63,175 nt of DNA from Bacteroidales bacterium (GCA_016936215.1 JAFGPL010000029.1:1-63175); one strand, 5' to 3'. Shown: positions 30,854-41,488, numbered from the stretch's first letter. Translations and numbers: made by a program. The notes: generated by a model from the letters alone, not told the origin.

Positions 30854-32074
30854 ATGGACAAATGCTCGTTCTGCGGCAGGGATAAAAAAGACACCAATCT
30901 TTTAATTGCAGGTATATCCGGACATATCTGCGATAGCTGTATTGAACAAGCCTACGAAATCGTTCAGGAAGAACTGAAAAAAAACAATGAATTTGATGTT
31001 AATTCTATCAAGCTTTTAAAACCGGTAGAAATTAAAAAATTCCTCGATCTGTATGTCATCGGACAGGAAGAAGCTAAAAAGTTTATTTCGGTGGCTGTTT
31101 ACAACCACTATAAAAGATTGATGCAGACTTCACGCAGGGACGAAGACGATGTCGAGATTGAAAAATCAAATATTATTCTTGTCGGCGAAACAGGTACAGG
31201 TAAAACGTTGTTGGCCCGCACCATAGCAAAACTGCTGCATGTGCCTTTCACCATTGTTGACGCCACTGTTTTGACCGAAGCAGGGTATGTGGGCGAAGAT
31301 ATTGAAAGCATCCTCACAAGGCTCCTTCAGGTTGCAGATTACAATGTGGAAGCAGCCGAAAAAGGTATTGTATTTATTGACGAGATAGACAAGATTGCCC
31401 GTAAAGGTGATAATCCTTCAATAACACGCGATGTTTCAGGTGAAGGTGTTCAACAGGGTTTGCTCAAACTGCTCGAAGGGTCTGTTGTGAACGTTCCCCC
31501 GCAGGGAGGCCGGAAACACCCAGACCAGAAGATGATCCCCGTGAATACCAAGAACATCCTTTTTATTTGTGGTGGGGCATTTGACGGTATAGATAAAAAA
31601 ATAGCGCTGCGCCTTAATACCAAAATTGTAGGTTATACCGCTGCAAGAAACACCTCAAAAATTGAGCGTGATAACCTGCTTCAGTATATTGCCCCCCAGG
31701 ACCTGAAGGCTTTTGGCCTGATACCCGAAATTATCGGCAGGCTGCCCGTGCTTACTTACCTGCACCCGCTTGACCGTACGGCATTGCGAAATATTCTCAC
31801 CGAACCAAAAAATGCCATTATTAAACAATACATCAAATTGTTCAAGATTGATGCTATTGAACTTGAGTTCGAAAAAGAGGTACTTGAATATATTGTAGAT
31901 AAGGCAATAGAATTTAAACTTGGGGCACGCGGACTGCGTTCCATCTGTGAACACATCATGATAGATGCCATGTTTGAACTGCCTTCCGGTGGCACCGATA
32001 AAATGGTTGTAACCAAAAAATATGCCGAAGAAAAACTCGAAAAAGTAAATATCAAACGGCTTAAAGTAGCATAA
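30854..32074 (+). CDS. clpX: Clp protease ATP-binding subunit ClpX
   Basis: C4 zinc finger CSFC...[37 protein letters not shown] 30854 preferred over TTG 30842. Confidence 0.98.
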   Translation: MDKCSFCGRDKKDTNLLIAGISGHICDSCIEQAYEIVQEELKKNNEFDVNSIKLLKPVEIKKFLDLYVIGQEEAKKFISVAVYNHYKRLMQTSRRDEDDVEIEKSNIILVGETGTGKTLLARTIAKLLHVPFTIVDATVLTEAGYVGEDIESILTRLLQVADYNVEAAEKGIVFIDEIDKIARKGDNPSITRDVSGEGVQQGLLKLLEGSVVNVPPQGGRKHPDQKMIPVNTKNILFICGGAFDGIDKKIALRLNTKIVGYTAARNTSKIERDNLLQYIAPQDLKAFGLIPEIIGRLPVLTYLHPLDRTALRNILTEPKNAIIKQYIKLFKIDAIELEFEKEVLEYIVDKAIEFKLGARGLRSICEHIMIDAMFELPSGGTDKMVVTKKYAEEKLEKVNIKRLKVA

Positions 32075-32129
32075 CAAACATATTTACAGATAATTAAAAA
32101 ATATTTTTATTTATTTTTATTTGAAAAGC

Positions 32130-32159
32130 TTGTTTTTTAAAATTTGAGAAATATATTTG
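32130..32159 (+). promoter_or_regulatory. trp operon promoter
   Basis: TTG (32130-32)-N19-TATATTTG (32152-59), 17 nt before the leader ATG. Confidence 0.7.
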
Positions 32160-32176
32160 CAGAACATAAATATACA

Positions 32177-32236
32177 ATGAACAGGATAATGTATACAATA
32201 TGGTGGTGGTGGCACAGCTTTCTCCGAAAACCGTGA
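32177..32236 (+). CDS. trpL: trp operon leader peptide MNRIMYTIWWWWHSFLRKP
   Basis: 19-codon ORF with four tandem TGG codons directly upstream of the attenuator and trpE; absent from the ORF track. Confidence 0.92.
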   Translation: MNRIMYTIWWWWHSFLRKP

Positions 32237-32271
32237 GACCATGCTATTATTGTATGCCATCAAGATATAAT

Positions 32272-32305
32272 AAACGGCCTATCGTACTCACGGTAGGCCG
32301 TTTTT
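32272..32305 (+). terminator. trp attenuator terminator
   Basis: AAACGGCCTATCGT-ACTC-ACGGTAGGCCGTTT plus U-tract; antiterminator ACCGTGAG (32230-37) is the exact complement of CTCACGGT (32287-94). Confidence 0.9.
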
Positions 32306-32332
32306 AGTTTAAAAAATTTAAATACTGTAACG

Positions 32333-33736
32333 ATGGAAATTTATAAATTTAAAACAAGGGTGAAAAAAGTGCTTTCAGATACCATCACACCTGTAAGCAT
32401 TTATATGAAGATCAGGGATCTTTACCCCAAATCACTTCTGCTCGAAAGCTCTGATTACAGGGGCAACGAAAACAGTTATTCGTTTGTATGCATCGAACCA
32501 AAAGCTTCTTACACCCTTGATAACTGGCATGTAAAGGAAGAGTACCCCGATGGTGCCTGTAATGAATATGATTTAAGTAAACAAATAAATTTCAACCGGT
32601 CGTTCAACACTTTCATCTCAAAATTTAAACAGCTCGAAAATGGCAAGCCCCCGGTAAACGGGCTGTTTGGGTATTCAACATACGATGCTGTACAATATTT
32701 CGAGTCAATCCGGTTTAAAGCACCGCAGAAGGAAAATTATAAAATACCCGACCTCAGGTATGGCATTTTCAGGTATATTATTGCAATCAACCACTTTCAA
32801 AATGTAATGTATATCATTGAAAATAAATTCGATGAGAGTGAAAGTCAGATAGAGAAACTCGAACTGCTGCTCTACAACATGAATATCCAGACACGCAGTT
32901 TCAGGTCGCTCAACAACGAAGTGAGCAATGTTACCGATGAAGCATTTATGGAGATGGTAAAAATGGGAAAACACCATTGCTACCGTGGAGATGTTTTCCA
33001 GATTGTAATGTCAAGGCAGTATTCACAACATTTTGAAGGTGACGATTTTAATCTCTACAGGGCCTTAAGGTCAATCAATCCCTCACCATATCTTTTCTAT
33101 TTCGATTTCGGCGACTACCGTATTTTTGGTTCTTCACCCGAAGCACAGCTAAAAGTAAAAAACGGAAGGGCATTTATCAATCCGATTGCCGGTACTTTTA
33201 AGCGGACCGGTGACGATGAAAAAGATAAAGAATCCGCCGAAAAACTTGCCAAAGACCCCAAAGAAAACTCAGAGCACATTATGCTGGTTGACCTTGCCCG
33301 TAACGATCTTAGCCGATACGGAACCGATATTAAAGTGGAAAGTTACCGTGAAATACAGTTTTATTCACATGTAATTCATATGGTATCAACAGTTTCGGGA
33401 AAATTGCATCCCGGTTCAAACTGTATAGACATGATGACTGCCACGTTTCCTGCCGGCACACTTTCAGGGGCCCCTAAATTCAAAGCAATGGAATTGCTCG
33501 ATAAATATGAAAACCAGTCCAGGGGTTACTATGGCGGTGCTATCGGCTATATTGACTTCGATGGCACATTTAACCACGCCATAATGATACGAACATTCCT
33601 GAGCAAGGGCAATGCCCTCTTTTACCAGGCAGGTGCCGGAATTGTGGCAGACTCTAAAGAGGAAAGCGAACTGCAGGAGGTAAACAACAAACTTGGCGCC
33701 TTAAAAAAAGCCATTGACCTCGCCCAACAACTATAA
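32333..33736 (+). CDS. trpE: Anthranilate synthase component I
   Basis: Trp-feedback motif LLES, NPSPY, GSSPE, PIAGT, EHIMLVDLARND, FPAGTLSGAPK. Confidence 0.96.
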   Translation: MEIYKFKTRVKKVLSDTITPVSIYMKIRDLYPKSLLLESSDYRGNENSYSFVCIEPKASYTLDNWHVKEEYPDGACNEYDLSKQINFNRSFNTFISKFKQLENGKPPVNGLFGYSTYDAVQYFESIRFKAPQKENYKIPDLRYGIFRYIIAINHFQNVMYIIENKFDESESQIEKLELLLYNMNIQTRSFRSLNNEVSNVTDEAFMEMVKMGKHHCYRGDVFQIVMSRQYSQHFEGDDFNLYRALRSINPSPYLFYFDFGDYRIFGSSPEAQLKVKNGRAFINPIAGTFKRTGDDEKDKESAEKLAKDPKENSEHIMLVDLARNDLSRYGTDIKVESYREIQFYSHVIHMVSTVSGKLHPGSNCIDMMTATFPAGTLSGAPKFKAMELLDKYENQSRGYYGGAIGYIDFDGTFNHAIMIRTFLSKGNALFYQAGAGIVADSKEESELQEVNNKLGALKKAIDLAQQL

Positions 33737-33754
33737 CATTTAAATTTTAAAAAT

Positions 33755-34327
33755 ATGAAACGCATTTTGGTGATTGACAATTACGATTCATTTACATACA
33801 ACCTGGTACATTACATCCGCAGCCTTACAGATGATAAGATGGATGTATTCAGGAACGATGAAATTTCGCTTAACGAAGTTGGCAGGTATGATAAAATTTT
33901 ACTTTCACCCGGCCCGGGCATCCCAGTTGAAGCAGGCATCTGTCTCGACCTCATTAAGAATTATGCCCCGGTAAAGAGCATCCTGGGTGTATGTCTCGGA
34001 CATCAGGCAATAGGTGAAGCTTTTGGAGGGAAACTGAATAATCTTGAAAGGGTGTATCACGGGGTAGCAACAAAAATAAAACTGCTCGACAAAAACAACC
34101 CGTTGCATGCCGGTATCCCTTCAGGTTTTAATGCCGGCAGGTATCATTCGTGGGTGGTTGCCAGGGAAGGGCTGCCCGACTGTTTTACCATTACATCTGA
34201 AGACGAAGACGGCATTATTATGGGGATCAGTCATAAAACTTATGATATCAACGGCGTACAGTATCATCCCGAATCGGTGCTTACTGAACATGGAATGAAA
34301 ATTATTGAAAACTGGCTGAAAATATGA
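33755..34327 (+). CDS. trpG: Anthranilate synthase component II (glutamine amidotransferase)
   Basis: IDNYDSFTYN, SPGPG, GVCLGHQ, RYHS, QYHPES. Confidence 0.96.
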   Translation: MKRILVIDNYDSFTYNLVHYIRSLTDDKMDVFRNDEISLNEVGRYDKILLSPGPGIPVEAGICLDLIKNYAPVKSILGVCLGHQAIGEAFGGKLNNLERVYHGVATKIKLLDKNNPLHAGIPSGFNAGRYHSWVVAREGLPDCFTITSEDEDGIIMGISHKTYDINGVQYHPESVLTEHGMKIIENWLKI

Positions 34328-35109
34328 AAGAAACACGCTATACATTTGGTGATACCATTACTGCAAACGAGCGCCTGAAAAGGATCGCGGCCTTTTTTAA
34401 TCCGCTTGCGGCATCGTTTATCCGTGAACATGTGCATACCACCATTACATCGGTGGCCGACCTGGGCTGCGGCCCTGGCTATACCACCGATATGCTGGCC
34501 CATGCAACAAATGCCCGTTATGTTACCGGTTTGGATATTTCTGAAAACTTTCTGGATGCAGCAAGACAAAACTTCACAGCTTATACCTTTATTTATCATG
34601 ATGTAAGGGATACCAACCTTCCGGTTAAGACTGACCTGGTTTATTTCAGGTTCCTGCTTTCTCATTTAAAAAATATCAGACAGCTTGTTGAAGACTGGAC
34701 AGCATCGCTAAACCCTTCCGGATATATTGTTATTGATGAGCTGGAGGATATTTATACAGACAATAAATTTTTTAAAGATTACCTGTCTGTAAGTGACGGG
34801 CTGATCAAGTCACAGGGAGCTGATTTATATATTGGCAAAAAGCTTAACGAAGAGCTTGACGGGTTGAATATTTTTAAAAATGTTAGCTCATTGTTACCGG
34901 TAAAAGACTCGCAGGCGGCAGAATGGTTTTATCCCAATACAATTTCAGTATGGAAAGACGAACCCTGGGTTAAAGACCGGTTATGCCCGTCTGAAATAAA
35001 TTGCATCTCGCAATACCTGCTTAAAACAAGTATAAACAAAACAGAAAAATCGTCTATCACCTGGAGGATGAAGAAAATGATAATAAGGGCCAGGGATACA
35101 AAGAATTAA
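34324..35109 (+). CDS. Class I SAM-dependent methyltransferase
   Basis: Motif I VADLGCGPG, GLDIS, RFLLSHL, LNPSG; ATGA overlap with the trpG stop. Confidence 0.88.
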   Translation: MKETRYTFGDTITANERLKRIAAFFNPLAASFIREHVHTTITSVADLGCGPGYTTDMLAHATNARYVTGLDISENFLDAARQNFTAYTFIYHDVRDTNLPVKTDLVYFRFLLSHLKNIRQLVEDWTASLNPSGYIVIDELEDIYTDNKFFKDYLSVSDGLIKSQGADLYIGKKLNEELDGLNIFKNVSSLLPVKDSQAAEWFYPNTISVWKDEPWVKDRLCPSEINCISQYLLKTSINKTEKSSITWRMKKMIIRARDTKN

Positions 35110-35121
35110 AACCTGATAAAT

Positions 35122-36120
35122 ATGAAAGACACATTAAACTACCTGTTTGCAGGCAATTCCCTTACACGCGATGAAGCCAGGGAAAGCCTCTTAAAATTGG
35201 CCGGCGGCACATACAGTGAAGCCGAAATGGCAGCTTTTCTCACCGTATTCAATATGCGTAAATTACTGCCACAGGAACTGGCAGGGTTCAGGGATGCCAT
35301 GCTCGACCTTGCTGTCCAGGTAAATCTGCAGGAAAAAGACCTGATTGATGTTTGCGGCACAGGCGGCGATGAAAAAAATACTTTTAATATATCTACGTTA
35401 TCAGCATTTGTAATTGCAGGGGCCGGGGCAAAAGTGGTGAAGCATGGTAATTACGCAATATCTTCACCATGCGGCTCTTCCAATGTGCTCGAACACTTCG
35501 GGTACAGGTTCAGCAACAGCCAGGTTAAACTGCAACGCGAAATAGAAAATACCAATATATGCTATCTGCATGCCCCGCTTTTTCACCCGGCTATGAAAAA
35601 TATAGCACCGGTAAGAAAAGCGCTGAAAGTCAAAACATTCTTTAACATCCTGGGCCCTTTGGTTAATCCTGCAAAACCAAACTATCAGTTCGTCGGGGTA
35701 TTCAACCAGGAGATACAACAATTGTATGCTGATGTATATAAACACATCGGCATTCACCATATTATTGTTTACAGCCTCGATGGTTATGATGAAATATCCC
35801 TTACAGGTGATTTCAGGTATATTTCGCTGCAGAAGGATGAACTGCTTTCTCCGGGTTTAATAGGCTTAAAGCAGGTAAAGCACGAAGACCTGTTCGGGGG
35901 CAACACGGTAGCTGAAGCTGCCCGTATATTTGAAGATATCCTTAAAGGAGACGGCACCCAACAGCAAAAAGATGTGGTGATAGCCAACGCCGCAATGGCC
36001 TTACATTGTTATTTTCGCGATAAAAGCTTTGAAGAGTGCATTGCAAGGGCCCGTGAATCACTTGAGGGTAAAAAAGCGCTGCAGGCATTTCTTAACCTGA
36101 TAAAATTACAGGACAAATGA
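35122..36120 (+). CDS. trpD: Anthranilate phosphoribosyltransferase
   Basis: DVCGTGGD, FNIST, KHGN, FNILGPLVNP, DGYDE. Confidence 0.97.
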   Translation: MKDTLNYLFAGNSLTRDEARESLLKLAGGTYSEAEMAAFLTVFNMRKLLPQELAGFRDAMLDLAVQVNLQEKDLIDVCGTGGDEKNTFNISTLSAFVIAGAGAKVVKHGNYAISSPCGSSNVLEHFGYRFSNSQVKLQREIENTNICYLHAPLFHPAMKNIAPVRKALKVKTFFNILGPLVNPAKPNYQFVGVFNQEIQQLYADVYKHIGIHHIIVYSLDGYDEISLTGDFRYISLQKDELLSPGLIGLKQVKHEDLFGGNTVAEAARIFEDILKGDGTQQQKDVVIANAAMALHCYFRDKSFEECIARARESLEGKKALQAFLNLIKLQDK

Positions 36121-36578
36121 TAATTACCCGTGCCACCAGAAGCGATTTACCCGAAATTCTGCAATTGCAGAAAGAGGCCTTTTTACAGGAGGCCCAACTA
36201 TATAACAATTTAAACATTCAACCATTAACCCAGACTACTGAAGAAATTGAAACCGAATATCAGACAAAAGTATTTCTGAAGGCATTGGCAGGTTCAGCCA
36301 TAGTTGGTTCTGTAAGGGCTAACCTTGATGGTGCTGCTTGTTGGGTAAACAAGCTTATGGTTCATCCGCTTTTTCAGAAACGCGGAATTGGAAAAGCCTT
36401 GTTACTCGAAATTGAAAAATACTTCACCGAAAGTGAAAAATTTTTGCTGGGAACAGGGGCAAAAAGCACAAATAATATCAGGCTTTATGAAAGTGCAGGT
36501 TACAGAATTTTAAAATATGACAAGTTTCACGATGGTGTGGATGCTGTTTTTATGGAAAAAGTAATAAAAAGAATATGA
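36117..36578 (+). CDS. GNAT family N-acetyltransferase
   Basis: LMVHPLFQKRGIGKALL and NNIRLYESAGY; ATGA overlaps with both trpD and trpC. Confidence 0.9.
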   Translation: MIITRATRSDLPEILQLQKEAFLQEAQLYNNLNIQPLTQTTEEIETEYQTKVFLKALAGSAIVGSVRANLDGAACWVNKLMVHPLFQKRGIGKALLLEIEKYFTESEKFLLGTGAKSTNNIRLYESAGYRILKYDKFHDGVDAVFMEKVIKRI

Positions 36579-37357
36579 ACATTTTAGACGAAATTGTTGC
36601 CTACAAACGCTTAGTGGTGAAGGAACAAAAAGCAACTGCTCCATACAGGGTGCTTGAACAATCGGATTACTTCGAAAAAGAAGTTGTATCACTGACCCAT
36701 GCCCTTAAAAACACGCGGAGTACATCAATAATCGCTGAGTTTAAGCGCAAATCGCCGTCAAAAGGCATGATCAATGAATTTGCCATACCCGAAGAGATAA
36801 CAAAAGGTTATGCCGATGCCGGGGCTGCCGGATTATCTGTACTTACAGATGAAAAGTATTTTGGCGGGTCAACAGCAGATTTAATGAAAGCGCGCGAAGC
36901 AAACACGGTCCCAATCCTTCGCAAAGACTTTACAATTGATGAATACCAGGTGGTTGAGGCCAAATCTATGGGTGCCGATGCCATTTTACTTATTGCTGCA
37001 TGTTTGTCGGGAAAAGAGGTAATGCAACTTGCACGGTCGGCAAAGAAGCTCCGTTTGCAGGTCATCCTTGAAGTCCACGAACCGGCCGAACTCAACCGGA
37101 TCAACGGGTATATTGATATTGTGGGTGTGAACAACCGCAACCTTAAAACTTTTAATGTAGACATCACAACATCCCTCGAAATAGTAAAACATATCCCGCC
37201 TGAGTTCTTAAAAATCTCTGAAAGCGGGATCAGCAAACAGGATGCTGTCAGAAAACTCACAGATTGCGGTTATGATGGCTTTCTCATCGGTGAGAATTTT
37301 ATGAAAGAAAAAGATCCTGCAAGGGCTTTCAGAGAATTTCTCCTGGAATTGAAGTGA
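36575..37357 (+). CDS. trpC: Indole-3-glycerol phosphate synthase
   Basis: IIAEFKRKSPSKG, LSVLTD, LRKDF, GVNNRNL, SESGI. Confidence 0.97.
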   Translation: MNILDEIVAYKRLVVKEQKATAPYRVLEQSDYFEKEVVSLTHALKNTRSTSIIAEFKRKSPSKGMINEFAIPEEITKGYADAGAAGLSVLTDEKYFGGSTADLMKAREANTVPILRKDFTIDEYQVVEAKSMGADAILLIAACLSGKEVMQLARSAKKLRLQVILEVHEPAELNRINGYIDIVGVNNRNLKTFNVDITTSLEIVKHIPPEFLKISESGISKQDAVRKLTDCGYDGFLIGENFMKEKDPARAFREFLLELK

Positions 37358-37377
37358 ACCAAAAGTAGATTGTAACA

Positions 37378-37419
37378 TTGAATTTCGAACAAGGAATGAT
37401 AAATTTTGAACAAAGAATG
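37378..37419 (+). repeat. Six degenerate heptamers (two 21-bp units)
   Basis: TTGAATT TCGAACA AGGAATG ATAAATT TTGAACA AAGAATG; the last unit contains the trpF ATG. Confidence 0.75.
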
Positions 37420-38046
37420 CTCAAACTAAAAGTGTGCGGAATGCGCGATAGGAAAAACCTGGAACAGTTAATTGGCCTCGGACCTGATTATATCGGGTTT
37501 ATTTTCTATTCAAAATCGTCCCGTTTTGTCGGAGAAGAATTCAACCCGGATATAACTGCAATGGTCCCGGCCTCTATCAGAAAGGTTGGTGTGTTTGTTG
37601 ATGCAGATGCTTATTATGTTTCATCCCGAATAGTTAAATACGGACTTGATTTTGTTCAGCTTCACGGTACCGAAACACCTGATTACTGCAGGAAATTCTA
37701 TGGGGAGGGAACAGGGGTAATAAAGTCGTTCAGCATAGATGAAGATTTTGACTTTAATATACTTGAAGACTATGCAGATAATTGCAGCTATTTTCTTTTC
37801 GACACCAAAACTCCATTGTTTGGAGGATCAGGCGAAAAGTTCAACTGGGGCCTGCTCGAAAAGTACCAGCTTCCAAAGCCGTTTTTTCTTAGTGGTGGCC
37901 TGGGAATTGATGATGCAGAGAAGATTACCCGGATAAAAAATCTGAATATCCATGCCCTGGACATCAACAGCAGGTTTGAACTGCAGCCGGGGATTAAAAA
38001 TATTGATATGATTAAGGAATTTATTACAAAAATTAAGCATAACTAA
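37417..38046 (+). CDS. trpF: Phosphoribosylanthranilate isomerase
   Basis: [39 protein letters not shown]; start set at MLKLK. Confidence 0.95.
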   Translation: MLKLKVCGMRDRKNLEQLIGLGPDYIGFIFYSKSSRFVGEEFNPDITAMVPASIRKVGVFVDADAYYVSSRIVKYGLDFVQLHGTETPDYCRKFYGEGTGVIKSFSIDEDFDFNILEDYADNCSYFLFDTKTPLFGGSGEKFNWGLLEKYQLPKPFFLSGGLGIDDAEKITRIKNLNIHALDINSRFELQPGIKNIDMIKEFITKIKHN

Positions 38047-38048
38047 TT

Positions 38049-39236
38049 ATGAATTTTAATGTTGATGAAAGCGGATTTTACGGTGAATTTGGCGGCGCCT
38101 TTATTCCCGAGATGATGTACCCGAATATAAAAGAGTTGAGGGAGCAGTATCTGAAAATTCTGGCAGACAAATCTTTTCAGGATGAGTTACGCCTGTTACT
38201 GAAAGACTATGCAGGCAGACCAACCCCGCTGTATCGTTCTGCAAGGTTGTCGGGATTATACAACACCAATATTTTCCTCAAGCGTGAAGACCTTGCACAT
38301 ACCGGTGCCCATAAGATCAACAACACCATCGGGCAGATACTTATTGCACAGCGGCTTGGAAAGACCAGGATAATAGCTGAAACCGGCGCCGGCCAGCATG
38401 GTGTGGCCACTGCCACGGTTTGTGCCCTGAAAGGCCTTAAATGTGTGGTATATATGGGGAAACTCGATGTTGAACGGCAGCAGCCAAACGTGCTTCGCAT
38501 GAAGATGCTTGGAGCAGAAGTGGTGCCTGTATACAGCGGTAACATGACATTGAAAGATGCAACCAATGAAGCCATACGCGACTGGATCAACAACCCGGTG
38601 GATACGCATTACATTATTGGTTCGGTAGTCGGTCCCCACCCATACCCCGATATGGTAACCAGGCTGCAGGCTGTGATCAGTGAAGAGATGAAATGGCAGT
38701 TGAAAGAACATACGGGAAAAGAGGAACCTGACTATATCATAGCCTGTGTCGGCGGCGGCAGTAATGCAGCAGGATCGTTTTACCATTACCTGGATAAACC
38801 CAAAGTAAAACTTATTGCTGTGGAAGCCAGCGGTAAAGGTGTTGATTCCGGCGAATCGGCAGCTACGATGGTGCTTGGCAGGCCGGGAGTGTTACATGGC
38901 AGCCGCACCATGCTGATGCAGGATGAAGACGGCCAGGTAATTGAACCATACTCTATCTCTGCAGGCCTCGATTACCCCGGTATAGGGCCAATGCACAGCT
39001 TTCTCTTCAAAACCGGCAGGGTAATTTTCGACCATGCTACCGATGATGAGGCCTTAAAAGCAGCATTTCAGCTTACCCGTACCGATGGAATCATTCCCGC
39101 GCTCGAATCGGCGCATGCCCTGGCATTACTCAATAAAATAAAATTCAAACCCGACGATGTGGTGGTTGTAAACCTTTCAGGCAGAGGAGATAAAGACTTG
39201 GCTACCTATATGAAATATTTGGATTCGTTTATTTAA
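38049..39236 (+). CDS. trpB: Tryptophan synthase beta chain
   Basis: [15 protein letters not shown] (PLP Lys), [30 protein letters not shown]. Confidence 0.98.
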   Translation: MNFNVDESGFYGEFGGAFIPEMMYPNIKELREQYLKILADKSFQDELRLLLKDYAGRPTPLYRSARLSGLYNTNIFLKREDLAHTGAHKINNTIGQILIAQRLGKTRIIAETGAGQHGVATATVCALKGLKCVVYMGKLDVERQQPNVLRMKMLGAEVVPVYSGNMTLKDATNEAIRDWINNPVDTHYIIGSVVGPHPYPDMVTRLQAVISEEMKWQLKEHTGKEEPDYIIACVGGGSNAAGSFYHYLDKPKVKLIAVEASGKGVDSGESAATMVLGRPGVLHGSRTMLMQDEDGQVIEPYSISAGLDYPGIGPMHSFLFKTGRVIFDHATDDEALKAAFQLTRTDGIIPALESAHALALLNKIKFKPDDVVVVNLSGRGDKDLATYMKYLDSFI

Positions 39237-39248
39237 ACCTTTCATACC

Positions 39249-40022
39249 ATGAACAGGATCAATAAATTATTTGAAAATAAAAAGCAGGAGATATTATCAG
39301 TTTATTTTACAGCAGGATACCCCGGGGTTAATGATACCCGCGAGATTATTAAACAGTTGGCCGAAAGCGGCGCCGATCTGGTTGAGATAGGAATACCTTT
39401 CAGCGATCCTATGGCTGACGGGCCCGTGATACAAAAAAGTAACGATAAAGCGCTGAAAAACGGCATGAGCCTGAGACTGCTTTTTGAGCAACTAAAAGAT
39501 ATCCGCGCTGAGGTAAACATTCCTCTTGTTATGATGGGCTATATCAATCCGGTGATGCAGTATGGAATCGGTAGATTTTCTGAAAAGTGCCACGAAACCG
39601 GTATTGACGGGATTATTTTGCCTGATCTGCCGTTTGATGTTTATATGCAGGAGTATAAACAGGTTTTTGACCGCTTTAATCTTCATAATATATTCTTAAT
39701 CTCACCACAAACAAGCGAAAGGCGCATTAAAATGATAGATGAAGCAAGCAATGGCTTTGTTTATATGGTGTCTTCCTCATCAACAACCGGTATCCGGGGA
39801 TCAATATCCAAAGAACAGGAGGATTATTTTGTCCGTTTACGTGATATGGGCCTGAAAAACCCGAAGCTGATTGGTTTCGGTATCTCTAACCACAAAACTT
39901 ATGCACATGCGTGCAAATATGCCCAGGGTGTTATTATTGGCAGCGCTTTTATTAAAGCGCTTGATGGTGAAGGAAGCCTTAAAGAGAAAATAACAAGGTT
40001 TGTAAAAGCGATTAGGGGATAA
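39249..40022 (+). CDS. trpA: Tryptophan synthase alpha chain
   Basis: EIGIPFSDPMADGPVIQ, MGYINP, PDLP, GFGIS, IGSA. Confidence 0.98.
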   Translation: MNRINKLFENKKQEILSVYFTAGYPGVNDTREIIKQLAESGADLVEIGIPFSDPMADGPVIQKSNDKALKNGMSLRLLFEQLKDIRAEVNIPLVMMGYINPVMQYGIGRFSEKCHETGIDGIILPDLPFDVYMQEYKQVFDRFNLHNIFLISPQTSERRIKMIDEASNGFVYMVSSSSTTGIRGSISKEQEDYFVRLRDMGLKNPKLIGFGISNHKTYAHACKYAQGVIIGSAFIKALDGEGSLKEKITRFVKAIRG

Positions 40023-40039
40023 GACAAATAGTATATTCT

Positions 40040-41488
40040 TTATTTTTTGATCAATTTGCGCTTTCGCTCCTTTCGCTCCTCTTCCTTTTTAAGCCATTGA
40101 CAACCACAACGATTGATGTCTGAATGGCTGCGGCAACCTGCAATAATATTAAGGCCAAACCGCAGGTTAAGGTTGCGTGTGCTCTGGGGCCAGATAAACC
40201 CGGCAACATTGTCGCTCACCGCATAAAACTGAACCGGGCTTCTGACAAGCACCAAACCGGCCCCTATGTTGTTGATGCTCCGGTGTAGATATGACCAGCT
40301 AAGTGTGCCCGAAAACCAGTTTTTCGGCCTCCAGGTGGCAGAAAGCGTAAAACCTGTCTGTATTTTTTGCTTCATGAGCTTTGTCGAAAGCAAAGCACCA
40401 ACCGAAAGATTATTCTTAAGCTGATGAGAACCTCCCATATATACCCGCGGCGATAAAAAAAACAGGTACGGATCCCTTTTGAGGGTTACCTCCATGGTGT
40501 CATTAACCCTGTCAAACAGGTCGTACAGATAGTTTTCTGTAATAATGGTATCGCCCAGGGGGCCGTTGTATGCATAAGCACCCTTTAGGCCATAATTGGT
40601 TAGGTTTGAACCATAATAAATGAACCCGAGATCGAGTATACTTCCGAAAAGAACTGTTTCTTCGGTATACCGGTGCACAAAACCGGCATCAAAAGCAAAT
40701 CCCGGGTTTTTTCTGTTGAATACAAGGTCATTTGCTGTGGTATAATAATACTCCCCGTCGGGCCTGATGGTTCCGTCATCTTCATAAACAAGGCTTGCCG
40801 GCAGAGAACCGTCGAATCTCGCATCGCTTTCAAACAAAAGCCTGAAAGTGTTTTCTTCAGTAAAAAGACTCACATTGTCACGTGTGGTTTTAAAATTAAG
40901 TTTACCGAACAAGAGTTTTGCCCTTACACCAAAGGTATTGTAATCATCAACAATTTTTGAAGCACCAATGCTGAATTCCCTGAAATGATTAAAATTCAAC
41001 CCGTTATTATTCAATCCCACATTTTTACCTTCAAATTGTGTATTTCCCTTGTAAGCCAGTGAGAATAAATCTTTAGTATAAAACAGGTTCAGGTCGTTTC
41101 TTTCGCGAATGTTGAAAGTGAGGTAAAATCTGTCTTTTACTTTTATACCAAAAGAAAACAGTGACAGGTATAGTTCTGTACTTAAATAATTTACCCTTCC
41201 GAGTTTATGATGAACTGAGGTGGCATCAAAAGAGTATTCACCATTATTTTCATTTTCAAAAAGTTGGTTAAAGGTAAACCCGCTATTGGCGATATTTGCG
41301 TGCACCGAAGAGATCAACGGGAGACCCGCGAAAACTTTACACTCGGGTTGCAATGCAGGGTTTAGAAAATTTGTTTGCGGTACATGGTGCAAAAAGAAGA
41401 GGGTATGGTCTTGCTGTGCGGCAAGAGGGGAGAAAAATTTAAGCAATGCAATAATTAAAAGCTTGCTGATAATATCTCTAAGCTGCAT
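40040..41488 (-). CDS. Outer-membrane beta-barrel protein, DUF5723-like
   Basis: Signal peptide, LNPA motif, amphipathic strands (GFAFDAG, SILDLGFI, NLRFGLN); family assignment from memory. Confidence 0.7.
   Translation of the reverse strand: MQLRDIISKLLIIALLKFFSPLAAQQDHTLFFLHHVPQTNFLNPALQPECKVFAGLPLISSVHANIANSGFTFNQLFENENNGEYSFDATSVHHKLGRVNYLSTELYLSLFSFGIKVKDRFYLTFNIRERNDLNLFYTKDLFSLAYKGNTQFEGKNVGLNNNGLNFNHFREFSIGASKIVDDYNTFGVRAKLLFGKLNFKTTRDNVSLFTEENTFRLLFESDARFDGSLPASLVYEDDGTIRPDGEYYYTTANDLVFNRKNPGFAFDAGFVHRYTEETVLFGSILDLGFIYYGSNLTNYGLKGAYAYNGPLGDTIITENYLYDLFDRVNDTMEVTLKRDPYLFFLSPRVYMGGSHQLKNNLSVGALLSTKLMKQKIQTGFTLSATWRPKNWFSGTLSWSYLHRSINNIGAGLVLVRSPVQFYAVSDNVAGFIWPQSTRNLNLRFGLNIIAGCRSHSDINRCGCQWLKKEEERKERKRKLIKK

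Noticed and set aside
37378-37416. 13-aa N-terminal extension of TrpF
   Set aside because: It is the translated heptamer repeat; the domain begins at MLKLKVCG.
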